The position numbers and the translations under genes were made by a program. Positions 52,658 through 63,225 of a stretch of DNA of 64,000 nucleotides are shown here, piece after piece. The notes under the pieces were generated by a model, which saw nothing but the letters and a program-made list of their open reading frames with translations, was not told the origin of the DNA and ran no database searches. The DNA is taken from positions 628,549 through 692,548 of the forward strand of contig CP058602.1 of NCBI GenBank assembly GCA_013426185.1, read 5' to 3'. This DNA comes from Candidatus Woesebacteria bacterium. Its GTDB lineage: Bacteria > Patescibacteriota > Microgenomatia > UBA8517. Within the stretch, counting starts at the first letter, position 1; every line of letters starts with the position of its first letter.

Positions 52658-54454
52658 ATGGATCAGGTAGAAGAGATTAAGCAAAAGACAGACATTGTTA
52701 ATATTATCTCAGAAAGGCTTGAACTTAAAAAAGCAGGCAGGAATTACAAGGCTTTATGCCCCTTTCATCAGGAGAAAACTCCTTCTTTTATGGTTTCACC
52801 CGAGCTTCAGATTTACAAGTGCTTTGGTTGTGGCGAATCAGGAGATGTCTTTTCTTTTCTTGAAAAATATGAGGGAATGAGTTTCTTTGAGACGCTTCAA
52901 TACCTGGCTGATAAATTGGGAATTAAACTTAAAAGGGTAAATCTGGGAAGAGAGGACAAAAGAGAGCGAATCTTGTCTTTAAATGAATTGGCAGCTAAGT
53001 TTTATAATTACGTTCTTTTGGAGCATAAACTGGGGAAAAAGGCCCTGTCTTATCTGACTGAGAAAAGAGGGCTTAAGCTTGAAACTGTTAAAAAGTTTAA
53101 TTTAGGTTTTTCTCCCAAGAATAGTCAGGCTTTGGTCAACTTTTTGATTAAAAAGAAAGGTTTTACAAAAGAGGAGTTAATCGAATCTGGAACTTTTTTC
53201 CCTCGTGCGGGCGCTTTGCAGGATCGTTTTTATGGCCGTGTGATTTTTCCTCTTTATGATCATCGAGGCAGAACCGTGGGCTTTGGGGGTAGAATTTTGC
53301 CACCTGAATTTGGTGGAGAAGAAAATAAAGATCAAGCTAAATATATAAATTCTCCTGAGACTTTGGTTTATAAAAAATCGCACACCTTGTTTGGCTTAAA
53401 TCTTGTTAAAGAGGAAATTAAAAGAGAAAAGGAAGTGGTGATAGTCGAAGGAGAACTAGATATGATTTCCTCTTATCAAGCAGGAGTTAGAAATATAGTG
53501 GCTGTTAAAGGTTCTGCTTTGACACAAGAGCAGGCCTCTTTGCTTTTAAGGTTTGCTGAAAAGTTTATCTTTGCCTATGACACAGATAACGCTGGAATTA
53601 ACGCTATTAAAAGGGGAGCCGTTGTTACCCAAAAGTTAGGAGCTCAAATAAAAGTGGCGCGTCTTGGGAGTTATAAAGACCCAGATGATATGGCAAGAGC
53701 TAATCCTGAAGGTTTGAAGAGAGTGGTTCAAGAAGCAGTTCCTGTTTGGGACTTTTTGATTGATTTGTCTTTTGAAAAAAATGACGCAAAAACTGGAGAG
53801 GGTAAAGCCAAGATTAGTCAAGAGCTAGTGCCTATTTTATCAAGTATCGAAGACAAGATTGTTCAGGCACATTATGTTGAAGTTTTGGCTGAAAGACTTT
53901 CGGTTCCTTCAACGGCTGTTTTTGAAGAGGTTTCAAAAAAGCAAGGCGAGGCTGTTTTGGAACAAAAAGTAGTTACAGAAAAATTTGCTCCTAAGAAAAG
54001 TAGACGTGAGCTTTTGGAAGAAAGATTATTGGCTCTTCTTTTTCAAAGTGATGTGGAAGGTATTTTAGATGAGTCATTAGATTTATTTTTGCAAAGTCGA
54101 GTTCATAAAAAGTTAGTGGAGGAGTTAAGGAAATTCCTTAGCGAGAGTAAAAAATTTGATCCTGCTTTGTTTTTAAAGGCTCTTCCTTCTGAAATTGCAG
54201 GTCATTTTTCAGAATTAATGCTTTATGAAGCTGGTTTTGATTTTGAGGATAAAGAGCGTTTAGAAAAAGAAATTGCTTCAATTAAGAAAGATCTTAAACA
54301 AGAGATGATTAAAGAAAAATTGATTGATATTCAAGAAAAGATGAAGCAAGCTGAGGCAAAGAGGGATGTTGAGGCTTTAAATTTGCTTCGTAAGGAATTT
54401 GCCCAAAAAACAAGTGAGCTTTCGGCTTTGAATAAAGAGAATGGCGTTGTATAA
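52658..54454 (+). CDS. dnaG: DNA primase
   Basis: CHC2 zinc finger (CPFHQEKTPSF…CFGCGESGD). Toprim region (VVIVEGELDMISS … FAYDTDNAG). Followed by rpoD. Confidence 0.85.
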   Translation: MDQVEEIKQKTDIVNIISERLELKKAGRNYKALCPFHQEKTPSFMVSPELQIYKCFGCGESGDVFSFLEKYEGMSFFETLQYLADKLGIKLKRVNLGREDKRERILSLNELAAKFYNYVLLEHKLGKKALSYLTEKRGLKLETVKKFNLGFSPKNSQALVNFLIKKKGFTKEELIESGTFFPRAGALQDRFYGRVIFPLYDHRGRTVGFGGRILPPEFGGEENKDQAKYINSPETLVYKKSHTLFGLNLVKEEIKREKEVVIVEGELDMISSYQAGVRNIVAVKGSALTQEQASLLLRFAEKFIFAYDTDNAGINAIKRGAVVTQKLGAQIKVARLGSYKDPDDMARANPEGLKRVVQEAVPVWDFLIDLSFEKNDAKTGEGKAKISQELVPILSSIEDKIVQAHYVEVLAERLSVPSTAVFEEVSKKQGEAVLEQKVVTEKFAPKKSRRELLEERLLALLFQSDVEGILDESLDLFLQSRVHKKLVEELRKFLSESKKFDPALFLKALPSEIAGHFSELMLYEAGFDFEDKERLEKEIASIKKDLKQEMIKEKLIDIQEKMKQAEAKRDVEALNLLRKEFAQKTSELSALNKENGVV

Positions 54455-54469
54455 TCAAGTGCAAATAAT

Positions 54470-55549
54470 ATGGAGAAAAAGGTAGCCTCAGAGCTTATTA
54501 AAAAAGGCAGGAGTCAAGGGTTTTTAACTCAAGACGAAATTCTTGAGGCATTTCCTGATGCTGAAAACCACATTGAGGAGTTAGATGAGCTTTATGAGAA
54601 GTTAATAGCTGAAAATATTGATGTTTTTGAGTCAGTTGCCCTTGAGGAGACGGATAGCGAAGAGAAAGCAAGAGAAAAACTTGAGCGCGAGATAGAGCTT
54701 CTGACGAAACTTGAAGGTCTTGAATCAACAGATCCTGTCAGACAATATCTAAGAGAGATTGGTAGAGTGCCGCTTCTTTTTGCTGAAGATGAAATAGAGC
54801 TTGCCAAAGCTTATGAGAAAGGTGATAAAAAGGCAAAAGATCTTTTAACCGAATCAAACCTCCGCTTGGTTGTTTCAATCGCCAAAAAATATATTGGCCG
54901 TGGGCTTTCTTTGCTTGACTTAATTCAGGAGGGAAATCAAGGATTAATTAGGGCGGTTGAGAAGTATGACTGGCGGCGTGGTTACAAGTTTTCAACTTAT
55001 GCTACCTGGTGGATAAGGCAAGCGATAACAAGAGCAATTGCTGATCAGGCAAGAACTATCAGAATACCGGTCCATATGGTTGAAACCATTAATAAAATTT
55101 ATCGTGTTTCAAGAAAACTGATGCAAGAGTTGGGTCGTGATCCTACTCCTGAGGAAATAGGAGAAGAGCTTGATATGCCACCCGAGCGGGTAAGAGAAAT
55201 TTTTAAGATTGCCCAGGATACGACTTCTCTTGAAGCGCCAGTTGGAGAGGATAAGGATAGTATTTTAGGGGATTTTATTCCTGATGAGCAATCTTTATCA
55301 CCAGTTGACCAAGCTTCAAAGCAGCTTTTGAAAGACCATCTTGATGAGGTTTTTTCCACTCTCTCTGATCGCGAGGCAAAAGTTTTGAAATTAAGATTTG
55401 GGCTTGAGGGAACAAAACCGTTGACGCTTGAGGAAGTCGGTAAGGTTTTTGGGGTTACTCGCGAAAGAATTAGACAAATTGAAGCAAAAGCTTTGCGAAA
55501 GCTAAAACATCCAAGCCGCAGAAAGAAGCTTCAAGATTATCTTGATTAG
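54470..55549 (+). CDS. rpoD: RNA polymerase sigma factor RpoD (sigma-70)
   Basis: Region 2 ([56 protein letters not shown]) and region 4 ([25 protein letters not shown]). Confidence 0.9.
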   Translation: MEKKVASELIKKGRSQGFLTQDEILEAFPDAENHIEELDELYEKLIAENIDVFESVALEETDSEEKAREKLEREIELLTKLEGLESTDPVRQYLREIGRVPLLFAEDEIELAKAYEKGDKKAKDLLTESNLRLVVSIAKKYIGRGLSLLDLIQEGNQGLIRAVEKYDWRRGYKFSTYATWWIRQAITRAIADQARTIRIPVHMVETINKIYRVSRKLMQELGRDPTPEEIGEELDMPPERVREIFKIAQDTTSLEAPVGEDKDSILGDFIPDEQSLSPVDQASKQLLKDHLDEVFSTLSDREAKVLKLRFGLEGTKPLTLEEVGKVFGVTRERIRQIEAKALRKLKHPSRRKKLQDYLD

Positions 55550-55570
55550 TTTCAGTATTTGCAACGGTGA

Positions 55571-56131
55571 CTATTGGTTGGTATTAAATTGGGCCGGGTT
55601 GAATTTATTTAGGTCAATGAAATTAATATCAGCTGGCGGTTCAAATTTGTCGTTCGAAATAGCTGCTGGCAAACAAGTGTATTTAATGTCAGGACTATCA
55701 ACTCCGCTTTCTTCCCATGCATCTTTTGTCTCCCCCGTTTGATCTTTTTCTTCATAACAGATCTTGGCTCCTTGCTTTAATTTGTCAGCTGAATTCCAAC
55801 TCCAGACACAATTATCTTTAACGATCACCTCAGCTGTGTCGCCATTTGCTGATGACATTTTTCCTCTCCACATCTTGCCTTTTAAGTATCCTTCAAACTC
55901 GTTTTCGCCGATTTTGTAGGTGCATTTCATCGGTATTCCTTTTTCAACAGCTAATTTCAAACTTCCGACTACTGCTTCTTCTGTTTTTTGACTTACATTT
56001 TCAGCCACTTTTTCAACAGGACTGGTGATATTTTTATTAATTCCTTTTTGTTTTGAAATTAGAAAGGCAAAGATAAGAAGAACGACTATTATAGTTGCAA
56101 TAGGTAAAATTTTCTTTTTAATTTTACTCAC
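55571..56131 (-). CDS. Hypothetical exported protein (N-terminal signal anchor)
   Basis: 186-aa ORF. Anchor ILPIATIIVVLLIFAFLI. No motif. Confidence 0.45.
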   Translation of the reverse strand: MSKIKKKILPIATIIVVLLIFAFLISKQKGINKNITSPVEKVAENVSQKTEEAVVGSLKLAVEKGIPMKCTYKIGENEFEGYLKGKMWRGKMSSANGDTAEVIVKDNCVWSWNSADKLKQGAKICYEEKDQTGETKDAWEESGVDSPDIKYTCLPAAISNDKFEPPADINFIDLNKFNPAQFNTNQ

Positions 56132-56185
56132 CTCCTTTTGGTGAGTTAATAATAACAGATTGCGATTTCTTTTTTCTAGGGGAAG

Positions 56186-56470
56186 TTAGCTTGATTTTTT
56201 GAGATTCACAAAAGTTCCAAGAGATCCGCCTAGGGAATAGGAGATAAGAACAGGCAGATTGTTTTCAAGATGATTTATGAGCTGATAGAGAATGAAGAAG
56301 TAGAGGATATTTTCTATAAAGACGACTACTGAAGCACTAAAATTCCTTCCCCTTGCGATAAAAGAGGTTCTTGCTGTTGCCAGAAACATTTCTATAAATC
56401 CAACAAAAAGATAAATTACAGCTTGTATGACTGTGTTTAGCATAGCGTTTATTCCTCCCCAAAGGGTCAA
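56186..56470 (-). CDS. Small hypothetical membrane protein
   Basis: 94-aa ORF with three hydrophobic helices. Confidence 0.35.
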   Translation of the reverse strand: MTLWGGINAMLNTVIQAVIYLFVGFIEMFLATARTSFIARGRNFSASVVVFIENILYFFILYQLINHLENNLPVLISYSLGGSLGTFVNLKKSS

Positions 56471-56585
56471 AATCAGAGTTAGTAAGATATTCTTTTTCCA
56501 TAGGCTTTGAAAACGGAACGAAAGACTTGTTCCGCTAGCTTATTTTATCTTAAAGACGCTCTTCTATCAAGTCTAAAAAATGATA

Positions 56586-56710
56586 TAATATTAAAAGTTA
56601 AAAGTTAAAAGTTGAAATTTGTAATTTGTAACTTGGAGTCTGTTTGTATATTGGGATTTGTGGTTTGGAATTTGTTTAGAATTTAGGATTTAGAAACTAG
56701 AACTTTAAAA
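56586..56710. repeat. Dispersed AT-rich repeat family, short copy R4 upstream of tRNA-Asn
   Basis: aaagttaaaagttaaaagttgaaatttgtaatttg…gaatttaggatttagaaactagaac shares the aaagttaaaag, tttgtaatttg and tagaatttaggatttagaaa modules with R1-R3. Confidence 0.5.
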
Positions 56711-56718
56711 CAAGATAA

Positions 56719-56794
56719 TCCCCGGTAGCTCAGCTGGTAGAGCGCGCGGCTGTTAACCGCTAGGTCGAAGGTTCGAGTCCTTCCCGGGGAGCCA
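56719..56794 (+). tRNA. tRNA-Asn (anticodon GTT), CCA encoded
   Basis: Acceptor TCCCCGG/CCGGGGA, D-arm GCTCAGCTGGTAGAGC, anticodon loop CUGUUAA, T-arm CGAAG-GTTCGAGT-CCTTC. Confidence 0.75.
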
Positions 56795-56941
56795 TCCTTC
56801 GCCAAGGCTACGGAGTGGCATGCTCTAGTGTTACGAAGCTTTGGCACAATACACCTACCCAAGGAGCATTCTATAGGGGGTAGCGGATGAGATGATTATC
56901 GAACATTAAATATGAGCAAAACTAGTTGGAGTAGTATATAA

Positions 56942-57262
56942 TTATCGCTGGGGTTTATCTCTGTGAGATTCTAATTCTATCGCGAAAACTCCTAATTTTT
57001 CTTTAAATGGCGGATATAAACTTCTTAACACTCTAAGGATTTCTTCCTTTGGCATACCTGGAACAATCTTTTCGGCTTCCTCATGTTCTAACATCTCAGA
57101 AAAGGTGGAATATCTTCTCACTTCCTTGATTCCAATTTCATACTCATTATTTAAGAAGAGTCTCATCCCTGGCTTCAATTCCTGGATGTTCCTATAGCCA
57201 ACCCTAACTTCAACTGTCTTTTTGCCTTCCAGAATCTCCTTCAGAAATTGCCTTTTATCCAA
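56942..57262 (-). CDS. ASCH (PUA-like) domain protein
   Basis: 106 aa. Pattern …ILEGKKTVEVRVGYRNIQELKPGMRLFL… typical of ASCH. Confidence 0.5.
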   Translation of the reverse strand: MDKRQFLKEILEGKKTVEVRVGYRNIQELKPGMRLFLNNEYEIGIKEVRRYSTFSEMLEHEEAEKIVPGMPKEEILRVLRSLYPPFKEKLGVFAIELESHRDKPQR

Positions 57263-57303
57263 AGTGTTTTGGGTCTTGTGTCCATTACTCTTTTTACCTC
57301 ACA

Positions 57304-57909
57304 CTAGAAATTAAGTGCAATAAACGCAAGTAGTCTATTTTTTACCTCGTCAACAGGAATATCAGAAGTGTCGATAGAAAGTGATCTTACTGCATAAGAG
57401 TCAATTACGGTTGATAATTGGTGTCGCTGTTCCGAATAAGTTAGAAATCGAGTTTTGTAATGATCAGGTGTTTCTAATCTACCCTTATTACTTCTCTGAG
57501 ATATTCTTTGCAAAGCAATGTCTTCTCTAACATCTAAATATAAAGCCAAATCTATTCTTACTTCATTATTAGATGCCCAAGAAACTAAACTTTCTGCTTC
57601 ACTTTTTTGTCTTGGTAGACCATCTAACACAAATCCAGTATCTTTCATCTTGAGAATGTGAGGTGCAACTATGCTTACTACAAAATCAGCTGACCACGGA
57701 TTGGTGCGTGCAAACTGAGACTGAATTTGCCTTGCTAATTCGCTATCTGTTTGTAACTCTATTCTTGTTATTTCACCGAGAGAAATATAATTTGGTCTTG
57801 GGGTAATATTATTTACCAAAGTAGATTTCCCAGAGCCAGGAAGACCCATCAAAATTATGTTTAATTGAGATATTTTTGATTCTGCCTCCCTTAACATTAA
57901 TCTTTCCAT
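57304..57909 (-). CDS. Adenylate-kinase-like P-loop nucleoside/nucleotide kinase
   Basis: Walker A ILMGLPGSGKSTL. ADK-like LDGLPRQKSEAESL. No LID insertion. Confidence 0.55.
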   Translation of the reverse strand: MERLMLREAESKISQLNIILMGLPGSGKSTLVNNITPRPNYISLGEITRIELQTDSELARQIQSQFARTNPWSADFVVSIVAPHILKMKDTGFVLDGLPRQKSEAESLVSWASNNEVRIDLALYLDVREDIALQRISQRSNKGRLETPDHYKTRFLTYSEQRHQLSTVIDSYAVRSLSIDTSDIPVDEVKNRLLAFIALNF

Positions 57910-57982
57910 ATTATCAAAAGTGGACTCGGTTGGTTTCGCACCAACTTTTTCCTGATGAACAGGCTGTTTTAACTACATATAA

Positions 57983-58831
57983 CTACGAGCCCAGACTATC
58001 CTCGCTCCTTTTAGGAAAGATTATTGGAAGCGGGTCTGTTTCAAATCTGTGCCCTGAATAAACTTGCGCTCGTTCCAACATAGTAGGCGTGTAGACCATA
58101 ATTGAATTCGGCATAAGATATCTAATAGTGTTACCGACAAGGGCTTCGCTGGAAGCTATAACCTCAGATCTTTCTTTTATTTGCTTGCTTGTCCAGCCAA
58201 ACAATTTATAGAATTTTTTTCCCCTCTCAATTATACGATCTAAGGTAGTCTGAGGAACCGGGAGAGGTTGAATCTTAATTCCTCTGTATCCGATTGTGTC
58301 AAATAAGAAAGGAAACAATTCGCTTAATAATTCAAAAGACATTCCTTTAGGAACATATTTTTTTAGATTTTCAATATTTTTCTTCAGATCATTGATCTTC
58401 TTTAAACTTTTTTCTGGCTGTTCTAAAGCAACATCAAAAAAAATAGCCCGAGGTGGTTTACAGGTAAATCCTAACTGTCTTGACTTTTGTATAATTTCAC
58501 TTAATTTTATTATTCCCCAGCGTGAAGTATTCCCAACATCGTCGGTTCTAAACCCGTAAGCACCCAGACCCTTCTTGTATGAAGGACAAAATAAAGCATA
58601 AAATTCGAGGGGTTTCTCTTTACTGGAATTTAAGAGTATTTGACAAAGCTTCCTAGTTACTAGTTTGGGTCTCCAACCCACAACTTCATATTCTTGCAAA
58701 TAACTGAACCAGTCGAGTATATTCTTATTATAACCAACCTCTTTTATAACGATTTTCAGATCATCGAACTTTTCTTTCGATATTCTTTTATCTTCAAGAT
58801 ATTTGTTGAGTAATTTATTTATCGAAGTCAT
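57983..58831 (-). CDS. Hypothetical protein (282 aa) co-oriented with CYTH and folE
   Basis: Long ORF with coding-like composition. No motif recognised. Confidence 0.45.
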   Translation of the reverse strand: MTSINKLLNKYLEDKRISKEKFDDLKIVIKEVGYNKNILDWFSYLQEYEVVGWRPKLVTRKLCQILLNSSKEKPLEFYALFCPSYKKGLGAYGFRTDDVGNTSRWGIIKLSEIIQKSRQLGFTCKPPRAIFFDVALEQPEKSLKKINDLKKNIENLKKYVPKGMSFELLSELFPFLFDTIGYRGIKIQPLPVPQTTLDRIIERGKKFYKLFGWTSKQIKERSEVIASSEALVGNTIRYLMPNSIMVYTPTMLERAQVYSGHRFETDPLPIIFPKRSEDSLGS

Positions 58832-59396
58832 CGAATCTCATATGGGGTTTAAAAGTCAACCCTCTCTCCTTGCGCCATTCTTGAAATAAGGTATCTGCTG
58901 GTTTTGTTAAACCTTGTTGGGTGCTAAATCCTAATTCTTGAGCTACTCGTTCTATATCTTTTTTTTCGCCCTCAATTTCAATTATATCTGCAAATGGATA
59001 TTCATCTAGAGTAACATGAACGCCATCTATTTCCCATGTTGTTTGAAAACGCTCATAACTAGTTGTTGGAAGAAATTCCATTGCTTCTAAAATCTTTTCT
59101 ATTTGTCCGTTAGGATCATGAAACTTTATCTCATATTCGATTTCTCTTTTTGCTCCATTTTCGGGTGGGAGTGGTTTTTTATAGGTTAAGGTTTTCTCCC
59201 CTGAATCACCGAAGGTTCTCACTCGGATTCTGCCATCAGTTTTTTGCATAGTCCCCGCAGGGTTGTCAAACATAACATTGCTTTGGTATTGGCGAGGCTT
59301 GCTTGCGCTTGCTTTTTGATCTAAAACCTTAATCAATTTTTCCTTATCTTTAACCCAAAACTTGTATTCTAACTCTATATTGCGTTTATTGCTCAT
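58815..59396 (-). CDS. CYTH-domain protein (triphosphate tunnel metalloenzyme: class IV adenylyl cyclase / triphosphatase family)
   Basis: N-terminal EYKFWV (ExExK-type) and the alternating acidic/basic beta-strand pattern of CYTH. Confidence 0.55.
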   Translation of the reverse strand: MSNKRNIELEYKFWVKDKEKLIKVLDQKASASKPRQYQSNVMFDNPAGTMQKTDGRIRVRTFGDSGEKTLTYKKPLPPENGAKREIEYEIKFHDPNGQIEKILEAMEFLPTTSYERFQTTWEIDGVHVTLDEYPFADIIEIEGEKKDIERVAQELGFSTQQGLTKPADTLFQEWRKERGLTFKPHMRFDDFDK

Positions 59397-60010
59397 AGTG
59401 GATGATTAAAATTAGTTGCTAATGACAAAAATTCGTCTCTGGTTCTCTCGTAATCCTTGAAATCTCCTTTAACTGCCGATGTTTTGTTGATTGCTTCACA
59501 GTGAACGCCTCTCATTTTCATACAAAGATGAACACCCGATACCACTATCGCTAATCCTTGTGGTTGAAGCTTTTTATAAAACAAGTCTACCGCTTCTTGA
59601 GTGAAGTCCTCTTGGTTCATCGGTCTTTTTGCAATATGACGCAGTATACGAACAATCTTGGAAAAACCAATTTGCTCTCCGTTCTTGGGAATATAAGCAA
59701 ATGCTATATCGTAAATCACTGGTAACATGTGATGGGAACATAATGAATAAACTCTGACTGGGCTTTGCACTATCATCCCTTTGTATTTTACTTTTCTGTC
59801 GCTATGTTTCGGAAATAGGACGCTGAAATATTCTTCTAACTCTTTATTTGATTCTTCGCGAAGTGAGGAAGTAAATTCAGCCAAAACTTCCACCATCCTT
59901 CTGGGTGTGCCTTCGTAGTTGGGATCTTTAAGGTCTAAGCCAAGGTTCGTCAGAAGGTCTTTGGCTGCGATCTCCGCTTTAGTTAAGTCTATTGTTCTTT
60001 TCATTATCAT
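59393..60010 (-). CDS. folE: GTP cyclohydrolase I
   Basis: CSHHMLP (the family's CEHH-type zinc motif) and the …GTPRRMVEVL… N-terminal region. Confidence 0.75.
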   Translation of the reverse strand: MIMKRTIDLTKAEIAAKDLLTNLGLDLKDPNYEGTPRRMVEVLAEFTSSLREESNKELEEYFSVLFPKHSDRKVKYKGMIVQSPVRVYSLCSHHMLPVIYDIAFAYIPKNGEQIGFSKIVRILRHIAKRPMNQEDFTQEAVDLFYKKLQPQGLAIVVSGVHLCMKMRGVHCEAINKTSAVKGDFKDYERTRDEFLSLATNFNHPL

Positions 60011-60220
60011 TATTAAAAAATAAAGACCTGACTTAACAGGTTCTAAGGCAAAATTATATCGTTATTATTTGTATTTTTCAACTATAGTGGGTAATTAATC
60101 TTTATTACTCGTTTCGATGAGTTTGTTTACTTAACAGAAAAAATTATTGTAAGACATAGACTAGGTTTCAGACTGCAGCTAAAAGCTGCTGGGTAGATTT
60201 AAGTATTGTTTTTGGGAATT

Positions 60221-60466
60221 TCAGAGAGATAAAAATCTGTTCACTTCTTTGTTCGTAAATTCTGGATATTCTAGCTCACTTGCCCAATCTATTTGTCGGA
60301 AATCATACCATTGTTCGAGCCAGAGTTGACTATCAGCATAATTAATGATGGTATCGAAGGGTTTTAGCAAGGTATATCGGACTATTTTGCCATCTAAGGT
60401 TGGGTTCTGAAGTAAAAGCTTCAAAAGTAGCCGTCTTTCGTGAGCTTTGGGGTTTTCAAATTTCAA
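60221..60466 (-). CDS. Small hypothetical protein (81 aa)
   Basis: ORF only. Confidence 0.25.
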   Translation of the reverse strand: MKFENPKAHERRLLLKLLLQNPTLDGKIVRYTLLKPFDTIINYADSQLWLEQWYDFRQIDWASELEYPEFTNKEVNRFLSL

Positions 60467-60532
60467 ACAGATCCTTTAACTTTATTAGGTTATAGCCTTA
60501 ATCATAATGTTTTGCTACAATTTTTTTGTCTT

Positions 60533-61693
60533 ATGAAGGAAAAACAGATACAATCATTTTTTATACTTCTTTTGTTTTTAATTAGCTTTTTCTTTTGGAA
60601 ACCTCATTTTGCGTTGGCGCAAGAAGAAGTAGACCAAAGAGAAACTGAAAGAAAGGAAATTCCTAATTTTGACATCAAAGAAGAAACTTTGGAAGGGAGG
60701 GTAGTTACTATTCTTGAGCAGAAACAAATTATTCCTATAGGAGCAGATAACACCCAGCTTTATCAAAAATTGGAAATATTGATTACTAAAGGCTCTTTGA
60801 AAGACAAAAAGATTACTGTTGAAAACGGCAATTTTCCGAGTAGCAACTTGCAGGAGTACAAAGTTGGAGACAAAGTGATGATAAGTTACAGCAAGGATTT
60901 TGAAGATAAAGACGTTTTTTATATTACAGATTATGTCAGACACGGTGCTTTGCTTTTCTTGTTTTTTGTTTTTGTAGCCTTGGTGGTTTTTATTGGTCGT
61001 TGGCAGGGAATTTCTTCTTTAGTTGGTATGGGAATTTCTTTTCTAGTTATTTTTAAGTTTGTTCTCCCCAAAATCTATGCGGGAGGCAATCCTGTACAAA
61101 TTGCTATTTTAGGTTCTTTGATAATTATACCCACCACTTTTCTTTTATCTCATGGGATAAATAAAAAAACAGTAATTGCTATTATAGGAACAATTATCTC
61201 TCTTGTTATTACAGGCATTTTAGCCGGTATTTTTGTTGATTTTGCTAAACTTACGGGTTTTGCTTCAGAAGAAGCAGGTTTTCTGCAGGTTTATAAACCA
61301 GGCTTGATTAATATTAAAGGACTTCTTTTGGCGGGAATTATAATTGGTGTTTTGGGTGTTTTAGACGATATAACCATTTCTCAATCAGCGATAGTTGAAA
61401 AGTTAAAAGAAACCAACCCCAAACTGAAAGCAGGCGAGGTTTATAAAAAAGCAATGGCAATAGGAAAAGACCACATCGCTTCAATGGTTAACACCCTTGT
61501 TTTGGTTTATACGGGCGCTGCCTTGCCTCTACTTCTTATTTTTATTGACAACCCTCATCCTTTTTCTGAGGTGATCAATTATGAAATTATTGCTGATGAA
61601 GTGGTTAGAACTTTGGTGGGAAGTATTGGCTTGATACTAGCTGTTCCGATTACGACTTTTATTGCATCACTTGCTTTTGAAAAGAAAAGCTGA
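60533..61693 (+). CDS. YibE/F-family polytopic membrane protein
   Basis: Signal/TM N-terminus, external domain, then multiple TM helices with GLLLAGIIIGVLGVLDDITISQ, typical of YibE/F. ATG at 60533 preferred over the track start. Confidence 0.6.
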   Translation: MKEKQIQSFFILLLFLISFFFWKPHFALAQEEVDQRETERKEIPNFDIKEETLEGRVVTILEQKQIIPIGADNTQLYQKLEILITKGSLKDKKITVENGNFPSSNLQEYKVGDKVMISYSKDFEDKDVFYITDYVRHGALLFLFFVFVALVVFIGRWQGISSLVGMGISFLVIFKFVLPKIYAGGNPVQIAILGSLIIIPTTFLLSHGINKKTVIAIIGTIISLVITGILAGIFVDFAKLTGFASEEAGFLQVYKPGLINIKGLLLAGIIIGVLGVLDDITISQSAIVEKLKETNPKLKAGEVYKKAMAIGKDHIASMVNTLVLVYTGAALPLLLIFIDNPHPFSEVINYEIIADEVVRTLVGSIGLILAVPITTFIASLAFEKKS

Positions 61694-62310
61694 ATTTGTT
61701 TGTGAAAGTTCAAAGGCTTGGTTTATTAAGTGGAATCACATAGTCAAACAGAGCCTTGCCTTCTAGCTTAGGGTTGTTGTTGTTGGAATTAACATAAAAG
61801 CATTCTATATTAATTCATCTCCTTAAGTTGTGGTGTAAAAAAAGTACATCGGATTCTTGGGAAGTGATTTCACCACCTTAATACCAAGATTGCCTACTTG
61901 TTTTTTCTAGGTCTCCTACAACTTTGGGTGTGTTGTAGCCACTACATCTTTTTTGTATTTCCAATGATTTATTGACGACGGAACAGGAGAAAGGTTGATC
62001 TTTTATTGGTGTTTTTTCTTTAAAAGTTGCCGATCCGGGGAAACTACAACCACCCCAAATTGTTAGGTGGGGGCACTTTAGATCTGTTTTTCTATCTTTA
62101 TCCATACTCGAAAGAATTCTAGCAATTTGTCTAAAAAAGGCAAGATAAATCTTTTTGATACATAAACAACTGTTTGTTTTAAAGCTTTGTCGTACCTATA
62201 TCCTTAATTGTTGAGGCTGGGACCAATATCAAAATGTTGATAAGAAATTGTGCCTCTTAATTTTTCCACTAAAATTAGTCTAGAATAGACTATTGCTGCT
62301 GTCAATTTTT

Positions 62311-62436
62311 ATGGATAAAGAAGAAGAAAAGGAAACACAGAACTGCCCTAATTGTGGTTTTCCCATTGGGGTAGTAGCAGGCAGCAAGGAGGCAATTTGT
62401 AAAAATTGTGGCTTTAAAGATCCTTGTTGCGAATAG
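62311..62436 (+). CDS. Small zinc-ribbon protein (41 aa, CPNCG…CKNCG)
   Basis: Manual translation gives MDKEEEKETQNCPNCGFPIGVVAGSKEAICKNCGFKDPCCE. Not in supplied track. Confidence 0.3.
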   Translation: MDKEEEKETQNCPNCGFPIGVVAGSKEAICKNCGFKDPCCE

Positions 62437-63225
62437 CTAAGGGCAGTTCTTTGCTTTTCTGAATCCTGCAAATATTGCTTCTTTTTCGCTGCAAAACCAC
62501 TTTTCGCCTTTTGATTCATTAATGACAGTTTTGTGATAAGAGCCGCATTCTGTGAGGTGATAGATCTTTTCGCCTGAGGCTGAAATGTTGCCTTTAATTA
62601 AGCATCCTTTTTCTGCTTGGCTGGATAACACTTTCTGTCCAAAATATTGGCAGCTACTCCAAAGACCTTTATTTTCCTCTCTTGCTTTTCTTTGGGCTTC
62701 AAGAAATCTTTCCTGGTATTTTACATCGGGAGGATAGGTGCTTACTTGTGCGTAGCCTTCTTGAACCAAGACTTCATTAACTAAAATATCATTCACCCAA
62801 ACATATCTTAGAAGTCTGCCGTATTTGTCGGTTTCTGAAATATCCTTTTCGAGCCATACTTCTTTTCCCAAAACCAATTCTTTGTTTTTCTCTTGCGCTT
62901 CTTTGGCAAAGCATTCAACTGGTTTTGAAGGGTGAACCAGTTCTGGTGTGTCTATTCCGATATAGCGAACTTTTTGCCCGTTTTCAAGCTCAATCGTATC
63001 CCCGTCAATCACTTTTACTACTTTTATTTTTGACTCTTTGGTTTTTGTTTCCTCTTTAGTTTCAGGAATATTTGTTTTGAAATCTTTTATTATTTTGATA
63101 TTTGTGGTTTTTTGAGGCCTAAAAGTTGCAAGAAGAAATGCGAGAAAAGCTGCTAAGACAAAAAAGCTTGTGCTTTTTATTAGTTTAATCTTTTGGTTAT
63201 CAGGATCTATTTTTCTCTCGTCCAC
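62437..63225 (-). CDS. Thermonuclease (staphylococcal nuclease homologue) with N-terminal TM anchor and C-terminal Cys-rich extension
   Basis: SNase motif KVIDGDTIELENGQKVRYIGIDTPE. C-terminal Cys pairs. Confidence 0.7.
   Translation of the reverse strand: MDERKIDPDNQKIKLIKSTSFFVLAAFLAFLLATFRPQKTTNIKIIKDFKTNIPETKEETKTKESKIKVVKVIDGDTIELENGQKVRYIGIDTPELVHPSKPVECFAKEAQEKNKELVLGKEVWLEKDISETDKYGRLLRYVWVNDILVNEVLVQEGYAQVSTYPPDVKYQERFLEAQRKAREENKGLWSSCQYFGQKVLSSQAEKGCLIKGNISASGEKIYHLTECGSYHKTVINESKGEKWFCSEKEAIFAGFRKAKNCP

Noticed and set aside
56800-56940. Possible small ncRNA downstream of tRNA-Asn
   Set aside because: Only a weak imperfect inverted repeat (gccaaggct…agctttggc) and no recognisable family signature, so not reportable.
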